IMG/VR virus record: IMGVR_UViG_3300043773_000874
Coordinates: 1 to 45,129 of that record
Origin: a virus
Taxonomy: Duplodnaviria > Caudoviricetes
Length of the DNA: 45,129 bases
Strand: one strand, 5' to 3'
Notes under the pieces: generated by a model
What the model was told of the DNA's origin: nothing
Database searches by the model: none
The model's input: the letters and a program-made list of their open reading frames with translations, nothing else
In this document: piece by piece, positions 16,907 through 25,096 of the stretch
How positions within the stretch are numbered: position 1 is the first letter of the stretch
Layout of the letters: every line of letters begins with the position of its first letter
Translations under genes and position numbers: made by a program

Positions 16907-17167
16907 ATGGCATCTCATGACCAGAGACTCCAGAAGGTATTGGACAAACTATCTCGCGATTTGGTTGAATACTTTGATTCGGGCTTTGTCGTTGCCACTT
17001 TTCAGGACGGCACCGAAACCAAAAACGCCTTCCTCAAGTTTGGCAATGATTATGCCATCGAAGGCATTGTATCCAATATCCATGACATCCTCTATGGACA
17101 AGAAGAGGATGAAGACGACGACGATTTGGATGACGGAGATTTGAAGAAAGCAATCAAAGACACATAA
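16907..17167 (+). CDS. Hypothetical acidic protein
   Basis: Tiles the operon; poly-D/E tail. Confidence 0.65.
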   Translation: MASHDQRLQKVLDKLSRDLVEYFDSGFVVATFQDGTETKNAFLKFGNDYAIEGIVSNIHDILYGQEEDEDDDDLDDGDLKKAIKDT

Positions 17168-17409
17168 ACTACACACAATGGCCAATGGAACCCTATCCTT
17201 CACCCTTCCAGAAGAACAACAGGAGTTTGAAGATGCTTGCAAAGCAAGCGATTTTCGCTGTGTTCTTGGGCATTTTGATGACGAGCTTCGCTCTCATCTT
17301 AAGTATAATTCTCATCCCGATTGGGATGGGGCAACTATTGAAAAAGTTAGACAAGTTCTTTACAACTTGATTGCCGACTACGGCATCACCATCCACTAAC
17401 TACACACAA
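17167..17409 (+). repeat. 12-bp direct repeat AACTACACACAA flanking gene 17178..17399
   Basis: Identical copies at 17167-17178 and 17398-17409, each forming a translation-initiation region. Confidence 0.7.
17178..17399 (+). CDS. Conserved phage hypothetical protein
   Basis: L.F.LPEE..EF..A ... LR..LKY motif seen in many small phage proteins. Confidence 0.7.
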   Translation: MANGTLSFTLPEEQQEFEDACKASDFRCVLGHFDDELRSHLKYNSHPDWDGATIEKVRQVLYNLIADYGITIH

Positions 17410-17411
17410 CC

Positions 17412-18014
17412 ATGACTACAGTATATATCTGTGGCCCTATGAGGGGCTACCCAAAATTAAACCACCCTGCCTTTTTTGAAGCTGAAGAAGCCTTGCTCAA
17501 GGCGGGACATCAAGTAATCAATCCCGCAAGGATGGATCAGAATCTTGGGCTAGACCCCCACAACTCCCAAATGGACGGGAAGTTTATTGAGGAAGCCGCC
17601 AGACGGGATATTGATGCGATCTTTGAGTGCGACGAGCTTGTCCTCCTTCCCAAGTGGGAAAAGTCCAAGGGGGCGCGGGCCGAAGTCGCGGTAGCACAAT
17701 GGCTAGAAAAGCCCTTGCGTCTTTACCCTTCCATGGTTAAGTTGGAGAAAGAAGATGTGTGCGACATCGCCAAACGTCTTACTTCCTATGATCGTCAAAG
17801 CGACTACGGAAGCCCGATTGATGACTTCACCAAACAGGCTAAAATGTGGGGAGCCATCCTTGGAGTCAATGTGACCCCGCAACAAATCGCCATGTGTATG
17901 ATTGCGGTCAAACTTTCCAGACTCACCAACTCACCCCGTCATAAGGATAGCTGCGTAGACATCGTAGGCTATGCACGGTGTTTAGATCTCTGTAACCAAG
18001 CAACATCTCTATGA
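17412..18014 (+). CDS. DUF4406 (nucleoside deoxyribosyltransferase-like) fused to DUF6378-like domain
   Basis: VYICGPM.G, VINPA, CD..VLLP.WE.S.GAR.E; then R..DYG.P...F, KLSR, DS.VDI.GYA. Confidence 0.75.
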   Translation: MTTVYICGPMRGYPKLNHPAFFEAEEALLKAGHQVINPARMDQNLGLDPHNSQMDGKFIEEAARRDIDAIFECDELVLLPKWEKSKGARAEVAVAQWLEKPLRLYPSMVKLEKEDVCDIAKRLTSYDRQSDYGSPIDDFTKQAKMWGAILGVNVTPQQIAMCMIAVKLSRLTNSPRHKDSCVDIVGYARCLDLCNQATSL

Positions 18015-19591
18015 GCAAAAAAATAGCAGTCCTTTCGGACTTCCATTGCGGCCACAAGGTCGGACTAACCCCAAAGGGTTATCTACCTGAAGAGCCAGCA
18101 GACGAGCGGGCACGGTGGGTCCACGCCAACCAAGCCTACTACAACTGGTATAAAAAACACATCAACCTCCACGGTCCCTACGATGTCATCTTCCTTAATG
18201 GAGATCTCGTAGACGGCACAGGCAAGAAGTCAGGAGGCACCGAACAGATCACCACCGACATGGAAGAGCAGTGCGATATGGCGGTTAAGATTATCCGCGA
18301 AATCCCGAAATCTAAAAAATGCGATATAGTTATCACTAGGGGCTGTGTAACCGCTGGTCATCGTGTGATTACATCTGATTTGCGGTGGGTTCCAGTGGAA
18401 TGGCTAAAGGTTGGTGATACGCTTTTAGCATGCGATGAAAATCCTCATCCAGAGTCAAATCGTCGTTACTGGAAAGAGTCTGTTGTTCTTAAAAATGAAC
18501 CACAAGAAGCCGAAGTATTTAAGATTAGATTTAGTGATGGAACGTCTATTGAGGCGACTCACGATCATCCATTCCTATGTAATATGCGTGGATACTACGG
18601 AACAAAATGGGGAACCGTTGAGTTTCTTGAAAAACAATTAAAATCATCATCTGTTAAGGTTCCTCTTCAGAAGTTCCTGCCAACTTGGGCAGAAGATGCA
18701 TCATACGAAGCTGGATATATATCGGCATTTTTTGATGGAGAGGGATATTTCTCTCAACGCAGAAAACCCAGAAGGAATAAGTATATCGATGAATCCCATT
18801 GTGTTGTCGGAGCATATCAAAACGAAAACGAAGTGTTGTCTTATTCTAAGCAAATCCTTGAAGAGTCTGGTTTTGACTGCAAAATAAATTACAAAGATTC
18901 AAAACATAAATGCAAAATGCTGGCAATTCGCGGAGGACTTGGACAGACATTGCGTTTCTTGGGCACATTTAGGCCAAAGCGTCTTTTGCCAAAACTGGAT
19001 ATTTCCAAACTCGGATGCATTAAGGCTTGCGATTCGGTATTTATTGAATCCATTGAACGAATCGGAATCAAAACCATTTACGCCTTAACAACCACTAGCA
19101 AAACATATGTTGTTGAAGGTTTTGTAAGTCACAACACTCCCTACCACACAGGAGATTCGGAAGATTGGGAAAACATCATCGCAGAGCGTGTAGACGCCGC
19201 AATTGGAGAACATGAGTGGGTGGATGTAGAAGGGGTCGTATTTGACCTTAAACACCACCCAGCAGGCTCTAGCGGCATTCCCCATGGTCGCCACAGCGGA
19301 GTGGCTAGAGATCGCCTCTGGAACCTCATCTGGGCCGAAAAAGAACTACAGCCCAAGGGAGATGTATTTATCCGCTCCCATGTTCATTACCACAACTTTG
19401 CGGGAGGGCCAGACTGGCTGGCGATGACCACCCCAGCCCTACAGGGGTTTGGTAGCCGATTCGGAGCCAGACGCTGCACTGGCATTGTGGACTTCGGATT
19501 CGTCACTTTCACCGTCAACAAAGGAACATACACATGGCAACCCATCATAGCAAAACTGGAAGAGCAAAAAGCTCCAATGATAAAATTGTAG
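18011..19591 (+). CDS. Calcineurin-like metallophosphoesterase interrupted by an intein
   Basis: SDFH.G, NGDLVDG, KHH and SHVH metal motifs in the exteins. Confidence 0.85.
   Translation: MSKKIAVLSDFHCGHKVGLTPKGYLPEEPADERARWVHANQAYYNWYKKHINLHGPYDVIFLNGDLVDGTGKKSGGTEQITTDMEEQCDMAVKIIREIPKSKKCDIVITRGCVTAGHRVITSDLRWVPVEWLKVGDTLLACDENPHPESNRRYWKESVVLKNEPQEAEVFKIRFSDGTSIEATHDHPFLCNMRGYYGTKWGTVEFLEKQLKSSSVKVPLQKFLPTWAEDASYEAGYISAFFDGEGYFSQRRKPRRNKYIDESHCVVGAYQNENEVLSYSKQILEESGFDCKINYKDSKHKCKMLAIRGGLGQTLRFLGTFRPKRLLPKLDISKLGCIKACDSVFIESIERIGIKTIYALTTTSKTYVVEGFVSHNTPYHTGDSEDWENIIAERVDAAIGEHEWVDVEGVVFDLKHHPAGSSGIPHGRHSGVARDRLWNLIWAEKELQPKGDVFIRSHVHYHNFAGGPDWLAMTTPALQGFGSRFGARRCTGIVDFGFVTFTVNKGTYTWQPIIAKLEEQKAPMIKL
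18344..19135 (+). mobile_element. Intein (264 aa) with LAGLIDADG-type endonuclease region
   Basis: Starts CVTAGHRV..; LKVGD; block B T.DHPFL; YISAFFDGEG; ends TYVVEGFVSHN followed by Thr+1; AT-richer than flanks. Confidence 0.92.
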
Positions 19592-19824
19592 TCCCGTCAT
19601 GGGATAGTGTCTGGGAGTCTTTCAAGGAAGACAACACCAAGACCACAATTGAAGCCATGGAGGCCGAAGGATGGAAGACTGTTAGGGATGTCGCCCGAAT
19701 GACCAACCTCTCAAGACAAAGGGTATTGGAATTGGCCAATAGCGACAAGATGGAGTCGGTAAAGAAGAAGGTTATTCAGACGGGCAAAACCCGTGAGATG
19801 GTATTTGTCAGGCCGAAAGTTTAA
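19534..19824 (+). CDS. Putative HTH DNA-binding protein
   Basis: W.TVRDVARMTNLSRQRVLEL helix-turn-helix pattern followed by a basic wing. Confidence 0.6.
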   Translation: MATHHSKTGRAKSSNDKIVVPSWDSVWESFKEDNTKTTIEAMEAEGWKTVRDVARMTNLSRQRVLELANSDKMESVKKKVIQTGKTREMVFVRPKV

Positions 19825-20649
19825 TCAAGGATCATACGGCCAATACTCAATTGCTTCTAATGTGAAGTTAACATCGAGTTCTGTTCCGTCACGACTATTA
19901 AATGCATAAATTGGGCAACTAAACGTTTGGCCCTCTATAATAAGGTTGAAGGTTCCATGTGTACCAGTTGCCAAGTCCCAATTGTTTGCTCGCATAGTCC
20001 ATCTAAATGTGCTTGCTGTAAAGGCTAATATGGGTTGAAATTCAAGACTATTGCCTTCTTTTTTATGAAAGAAAAGATTATAATATGTTTCATTGTGACG
20101 CCTGTCCGACTCCCAAGACAAACTAATATTTATTCTTGATCCAGAGGATGATGGCGGAGACGTTGTTACGCTGAAATCAAAAATGTCGATTCCAAATATG
20201 TTGGCACGTAAAGAGTCTGGAAGTGAAAGCTCGCAAATTAATTCTTTTTCATTTGGCGGTATGGTTCCCGATGTTTCGTCATAAACTGTTACTAATTCAT
20301 ATGGTGGTTCTGGGGTTCTATCAAGTCCCAAAGAACGCCCTTGACCAATGTTAATTTCCGTATTGTTGTCTGCTTCAAACTTTGATCCACCACTTCCTTG
20401 ACCTTCTTCCCACTCTCCCCGATAAGAAAATTTCCATTTTTTAACTTTCCAATACATGGATGCCGCATAATATGGAGGAAGCCATATATTCGGAATATCT
20501 TTATCAGATTCATCATATATTTCTACTTCAGAACAATTTACAACAGCGCCATCGATAGCTGTTGGTCTGCTGACAACAAGCTCTTCGGTTTCTGGATCGA
20601 TGTAAGATAAGAACCTAGGGAAATATCCAAGATGTGCGAATTGGGCCAT
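19825..20649 (-). CDS. Hypothetical (probable virion/tail) protein
   Basis: ATG at 20649, 1 nt after the upstream stop; beta-rich, AT-rich. Confidence 0.6.
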   Translation of the reverse strand: MAQFAHLGYFPRFLSYIDPETEELVVSRPTAIDGAVVNCSEVEIYDESDKDIPNIWLPPYYAASMYWKVKKWKFSYRGEWEEGQGSGGSKFEADNNTEINIGQGRSLGLDRTPEPPYELVTVYDETSGTIPPNEKELICELSLPDSLRANIFGIDIFDFSVTTSPPSSSGSRINISLSWESDRRHNETYYNLFFHKKEGNSLEFQPILAFTASTFRWTMRANNWDLATGTHGTFNLIIEGQTFSCPIYAFNSRDGTELDVNFTLEAIEYWPYDP

Positions 20650-20650
20650 T

Positions 20651-21079
20651 TTAAAATTCTGGAGCTTCTTCACTTCCATCCCAAACAACCATCCAATATT
20701 CTACTGGAACTCCATTAACACAAAATCCAACTTTAAGTGCTTCTGCGCCATCGGGCAAATCGCCCCCACCACCGCTGCTTGATCCAGCATACCCATCATT
20801 TGAAATTTGCGTGTCCCCAGATGCCGATATGCCAGCACTGCCGCTTTGGGTTGTAGCATATGTGGGCGAGGATTGTTGGGCGGAGGTATTATTTGATGAA
20901 TTTTGAGAAAGCTTTTGATCGTAGATGGATTTGGCCCATTGTGCCGTGTCGTTACTAATCAGCTTTCTGATTGTGGACTGAGAGAGTCTTCCAGATTTTC
21001 TGGCAAGATCACGATCAAGCTGTCGGGCAAATCTTTGTTGCTCTGTTGAGCTTTTGTATTGTGATGGTCCGCTTTCCAT
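20651..21079 (-). CDS. Hypothetical (probable tail) protein
   Basis: Ser/Gly-rich linker; C-terminal FCVNG.P motif; tightly coupled in the operon. Confidence 0.6.
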   Translation of the reverse strand: MESGPSQYKSSTEQQRFARQLDRDLARKSGRLSQSTIRKLISNDTAQWAKSIYDQKLSQNSSNNTSAQQSSPTYATTQSGSAGISASGDTQISNDGYAGSSSGGGGDLPDGAEALKVGFCVNGVPVEYWMVVWDGSEEAPEF

Positions 21080-21082
21080 AAA

Positions 21083-23854
21083 CTATGCAAATATTGAGGC
21101 ATTTAATACTTCCGCATAAATTCTGGCAAATCCATATTGATAAAGTTCTACGCGAGAATCGATAAGATATAATCCTCTTCTTGGAATATCTGATGGTGAT
21201 GTTGGGCCTAAATTCGTGGGCAATTGTCCACGAGAAAATGCGTCTCGTGAGACATTGGAAATACTCAAGGCTTCACCCCAATTAAAGGATATATCTGCGG
21301 CTCCTGTTTGGGAGTTTTGTCCACTGCTACCGATATTTATTTGTCTGTGTAAACACGGAGGTATCGTTGCTACCGAAGGTATATTTTGAACGCTGCCACC
21401 AAATCCAGATCCAGTAGATTTTGAAATAGCATAGGTTGTCGCTCCACCTTGACCAGAACCAGCACCTCCGTTAACCTCTCTTACTTTTGTGTAAGAATGA
21501 GATGCCGAAGCACTCACACGAACTGATTTTGCTTGGCCTTTTGCTACAAGTGTATGCGATTGTGGTTTAAAAACTGGCCATTGTTGAACGCCTCCGCCAA
21601 TCTTTGCCAGAATGTCTGCAAGTGTTACAGGATATTTCAAGAAAAAGATATAGCTCGTTGTTGGAATGTTGTTTGCGTAAACCTGCTCCATATCTATTTT
21701 AAAATCTGGTTTTACGCTTGAACTTGCAGATGCGCTTCCGCTTTCAGATATTGATCTTCCATCACTTCCAGCGATAATTGGGGCGCTTCCACTACTTGTA
21801 TATGATCCATCCTCTTTTGCGTCAGACCATACAACCGTCACTCCTTTTAAAACTGGTGGAAGTGACAGCGATGTTCTTGTCGGAAATTGCAGCATAATGG
21901 ACTCCAACTCTTGTTCGATTGCATCAAGATCAAATTCCCTAACAAGATCCAAGTCATCGGAAAGCGGATCGACAATTGTTGCGGCATTTCCAAGTTTTGA
22001 TCCAGAAGCAACGATACTTTCATCATAGGGGATAACCACATTAACATTAGGTTCGTATTCCTGTCCGCGAAGAGTTGGCAGGCTTCCATTGTCTCGCGAG
22101 GTGGTTGTTTTGCGGACGGTAAATTCAGTAACCCTCTGTTCGCTTTTTTCCAAGTCGTTGGCATCCAAGGCGGGCATGGACACCGAATCTTGAGCCACAG
22201 TCTCTTGGGTTGTTTCGGCGGGTGCGCTGGCGCGAAATTGTTCAGGAATAACATCGGGCTTGGACGCCGAAAGAGTCTTGGCATCAAAAACATTGGGAAC
22301 ACGAACTTCGGTTTTAATTGTTCTTTGATCACCCAAGGCTTCAATAGACCCATCAATCAAAAGGGCGTCTGGTTGGATAGATTGCGGATCAGCCGTCAGT
22401 CGAAGCGTTCTGGTGGCTATTTGACCCTGTGGGGTAATTACCGTTTCTGTCAATATTTCAGCCGCGCTGACATCTCTGGTGTTTGTTGAGACACGCTTAA
22501 CAAACTCTGTAACCTGTTCTTCCGATTTGGAAAATTCACCAGCACCAAGAGTTATGGCCGAAGGAGAGCTAATTACTCCTGCAATATTCTCTTCGATAAT
22601 TGTATCCGCTTGCGCGGCTCGGAATTTTTCGGGTGTAAGATCAAGCCTTGTCTTGCGGATGGTTTTACTGGTGAATACAGAAGGAACAGTAACCTCTGTC
22701 TTGACAGTTCGTCCATCCCCCAAAGCCTCTACGCTGGCATCAACGAGCGTAGCAGACGGAGTGAACGACTGATCCCCGACATCCAGCCGAAGCAGTCTTG
22801 TGCCGATTTGTCCTTGGGGAGTTAGGACTTTTTCCGAAAGCGTGACCGCCGAAGTGATGGAGCGTGATGTGGTGGCAACACGTTTGGTAAACTTATTAAC
22901 CTGCTCTTCAGATTTAACAAACTCTCCAGCGCCCAAAATAATATTAGGGTTAGCTGATCCCTCAACGGTTTGTTCAAAAACTGTGTCCTCTTGGGCGGCT
23001 TTGAACTTCTGGGGAGTGATATCTTCTCTTGTTTTGCGATAGGCTTCAGCCCCGAAAACTTGAGGAACTTCAACAACTCTCTCAACCAATGATTCGGCGT
23101 CTTCCCGCGAAACCTCTACGGTCCTTGTGGCTGTTGGATTCGGGGGAACATAATCGGCGGCTCCCTTGCGTTGAGTGGTGACGGTAGCTAGTTGGCGGGC
23201 CTCGTCGGTGGCTTTTCCAATAAGCAAGGGTCCATCTACCTTGTAGGTCTGGACAATCTTAACCGAAAGAAATTCGTTGTAGGGTTCGTAGGAGGTCTGG
23301 GTAATGACTCCGTTGACGTTCTCCAAAGTTCCCTGCTCCTCGCCAGTAGGAACAAAGAGTTGGCGGCGTTCTTGGACGGGGCCACGGGATGCATCGTAAA
23401 AATCCCGATTCCGAATAGGAAAAAGAGAATTTCCATCATCGTCAGTTTCAATCGACCAAGCTTCCTCAATCTCGGTATAGACAATTGCGGAGCCTTCGCG
23501 AGCTTCGTAGTTAACCCTCTGGTCGGGGCCAAGTCGGGCAACCTGACCCTCATTCTTAACTGAGCGTCTACGTCCTTGAATCGGGCCTAGATCGTCATCG
23601 TAGCGGGTGAAGGGCACCCAAGGGGCGGGCAGGATTTCGTAGATATGAGTGACCCGCTCGTCTCCGTTGGATGGCTGGGAACCCGTAAAGACATGGTTGG
23701 GATACCGCTTGGAATCTGGGTGCGGGCTTAGATCCTCTGGCACCCGATACCCCGCAACACGGGGATCTGCTCTCAGTCCAATCGTTGGAAAGTCTCTATC
23801 GTTCGCCGCATAAGAAATAACGTAGGAACGATTTAGGGGTGGTTGCTCTGCCAT
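21083..23854 (-). CDS. Large beta-rich structural (tail/baseplate-like) protein with internal tandem repeats
   Basis: 923 aa, Thr/Val/Glu-rich; about 2.5 repeats of ~128 aa. Confidence 0.65.
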   Translation of the reverse strand: MAEQPPLNRSYVISYAANDRDFPTIGLRADPRVAGYRVPEDLSPHPDSKRYPNHVFTGSQPSNGDERVTHIYEILPAPWVPFTRYDDDLGPIQGRRRSVKNEGQVARLGPDQRVNYEAREGSAIVYTEIEEAWSIETDDDGNSLFPIRNRDFYDASRGPVQERRQLFVPTGEEQGTLENVNGVITQTSYEPYNEFLSVKIVQTYKVDGPLLIGKATDEARQLATVTTQRKGAADYVPPNPTATRTVEVSREDAESLVERVVEVPQVFGAEAYRKTREDITPQKFKAAQEDTVFEQTVEGSANPNIILGAGEFVKSEEQVNKFTKRVATTSRSITSAVTLSEKVLTPQGQIGTRLLRLDVGDQSFTPSATLVDASVEALGDGRTVKTEVTVPSVFTSKTIRKTRLDLTPEKFRAAQADTIIEENIAGVISSPSAITLGAGEFSKSEEQVTEFVKRVSTNTRDVSAAEILTETVITPQGQIATRTLRLTADPQSIQPDALLIDGSIEALGDQRTIKTEVRVPNVFDAKTLSASKPDVIPEQFRASAPAETTQETVAQDSVSMPALDANDLEKSEQRVTEFTVRKTTTSRDNGSLPTLRGQEYEPNVNVVIPYDESIVASGSKLGNAATIVDPLSDDLDLVREFDLDAIEQELESIMLQFPTRTSLSLPPVLKGVTVVWSDAKEDGSYTSSGSAPIIAGSDGRSISESGSASASSSVKPDFKIDMEQVYANNIPTTSYIFFLKYPVTLADILAKIGGGVQQWPVFKPQSHTLVAKGQAKSVRVSASASHSYTKVREVNGGAGSGQGGATTYAISKSTGSGFGGSVQNIPSVATIPPCLHRQINIGSSGQNSQTGAADISFNWGEALSISNVSRDAFSRGQLPTNLGPTSPSDIPRRGLYLIDSRVELYQYGFARIYAEVLNASIFA
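22091..23068 (-). repeat. Tandem ~381-387-bp coding repeats
   Basis: VP.VF...D.TP.KF.A...SE.QV..F..R units starting at 23068, 22687 and 22300. Confidence 0.85.
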
Positions 23855-23861
23855 TTCGGAA

Positions 23862-23890
23862 AACTTACTCTAAAAAGAAGGTGGCGGCAA
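23862..23890 (-). promoter_or_regulatory. Promoter for a leaderless minus-strand operon
   Basis: TTGCCG-N17-TAAGTT; ATG (23854) 7 nt after the -10. Confidence 0.55.
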
Positions 23891-23903
23891 GATGATTTTC
23901 CGC

Positions 23904-23931
23904 TTGCATTGGTTAGCAAAAATGATAGGTT
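23904..23931 (+). promoter_or_regulatory. Promoter of candidate sRNA
   Basis: TTGCAT-N16-TAGGTT with TGn extension. Confidence 0.5.
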
Positions 23932-23937
23932 GCTCAC

Positions 23938-24011
23938 TTGGAAGGCATTCGTCTTCCTGTTTTCATGTGTGTGGGGCGGGGTCGGGCTAAAAACTCGGCC
24001 CCGCTTTTTTT
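23938..24011 (+). ncRNA. Candidate trans-acting small RNA (~75 nt)
   Basis: Own promoter; 5' hairpin GGAAGGC-attc-GTCTTCC; unpaired UGUUUUCAUGUGUGUGG; intrinsic terminator; no + strand ORF of credible length. Confidence 0.6.
23976..24011 (+). terminator. Rho-independent terminator
   Basis: GCGGGGTCGGG-ctaaaaa-CTCGGCCCCGC 11-bp stem followed by T7. Confidence 0.85.
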
Positions 24012-24017
24012 GAACGC

Positions 24018-24046
24018 TTGACAAGTTGGGTTGTCGGATCTATCTG
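24018..24046 (+). promoter_or_regulatory. Putative promoter
   Basis: Perfect TTGACA-N17-TATCTG; ATG at 24060. Confidence 0.45.
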
Positions 24047-24059
24047 AAACTCTACCTAT

Positions 24060-24683
24060 ATGGCATATCAATCCAATCAACCAAAAGCACCAGTCCTCTC
24101 ACATTTTACCTTGGCCAAAAACGGGCCAAAACTCGTATCCGTTAAATCTCCCCCCAAATGGGTCAAGCAAAATAGCCTATGCGTTATCGAATTAATCGTT
24201 GATGGTGTGGCCCATGTGTATTTCACTGAGAATAAGGACATTGCATCGAAGTTCCAGCAGTATGTGGGTAAATCTGTAGTGCTGATTGCCTCTGGCAACT
24301 CCAAGCAGAAGACTGATTCCATGGAGATCCAGCCTGCTGGGGTGCCCGCTTCAAGCCTGCCCGTGGCCCAGAGCGCCCCGCAATCGCCCCAGAAAGCCCC
24401 AGAAAGCGTTATTACGGCCCCAGTCCACAGGGACAAGGAGGCCAAGCAATTCCTCTGTCAGGCGGCAAATCTGATGCGGCTGTGCGTGAAGAAAGCCAAT
24501 GATATTGCGGTGGAGTTGAACCTTCCCGATCAGCATCGTCAGGGAATAGCAACGACGATGTTTATCCAAGCGGATAGACAGGGCTTCATTCAAGCCATGC
24601 CCATCACGGCATATACCCCCGAACAACTTGGATTCGGGGCAAGCAAGGCCGAATCCCTGAATAGTCCACAAGCGAATGACTGA
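24060..24683 (+). CDS. Hypothetical protein, possibly ssDNA-binding/recombination
   Basis: Beta-rich N-domain, Pro/Gln linker, helical C-domain; first gene of the nuclease operon; function is inference. Confidence 0.55.
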   Translation: MAYQSNQPKAPVLSHFTLAKNGPKLVSVKSPPKWVKQNSLCVIELIVDGVAHVYFTENKDIASKFQQYVGKSVVLIASGNSKQKTDSMEIQPAGVPASSLPVAQSAPQSPQKAPESVITAPVHRDKEAKQFLCQAANLMRLCVKKANDIAVELNLPDQHRQGIATTMFIQADRQGFIQAMPITAYTPEQLGFGASKAESLNSPQAND

Positions 24684-24930
24684 TGAGCGAGAGCGCGGCA
24701 TCGAAATTCTGTCGCATGATAAGGGATCATTCCTCGTTCAAAGTCGGTCTCATCGCGAAGACTACTACATGGTGGAATTCGCTACCGATGAAGTCGGAGA
24801 CATCACGGGATGTTCCTGCACTTGTCCAAGCTATCAATTCCGCAAAGAGTGCTTCCACATCCGATACCTCTGTAAACTCTTGGGCGTCGAAACGCCGAAG
24901 CCAACAAACAACCAACTAATAGCAGCATAA
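24676..24930 (+). CDS. SWIM zinc-finger protein
   Basis: V.S.S....Y.V ... CSCTCPSYQFRKECFHI (CxC-n-CxH). Confidence 0.8.
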   Translation: MTDERERGIEILSHDKGSFLVQSRSHREDYYMVEFATDEVGDITGCSCTCPSYQFRKECFHIRYLCKLLGVETPKPTNNQLIAA

Positions 24931-24934
24931 CAAT

Positions 24935-25096
24935 ATGAAGAAATCCAAGGCACAAAAGAAAGTGGCAACCGTAATGCGTGAATTTTCCAAGGGGAAACTC
25001 AAGAGCAGTTCGGGCCAGAAGGTTACGAATCCCCAGCAAGCGAAGGCTATTGCAATGTCGGAAAGTGGCATGAGCAAAAAGAAAAAGAAACGCTAG
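24935..25096 (+). CDS. 53-aa basic protein, DUF6496-like (not in the ORF track)
   Basis: KKVATVMREFSKGKLKSSSGQKVTNPQQAKAIAMSE. Confidence 0.75.
   Translation: MKKSKAQKKVATVMREFSKGKLKSSSGQKVTNPQQAKAIAMSESGMSKKKKKR

Noticed and set aside
23833-24024. 63-aa minus-strand ORF across the control region
   Set aside because: Runs through the terminator and promoters, has a weak start and no protein-like features
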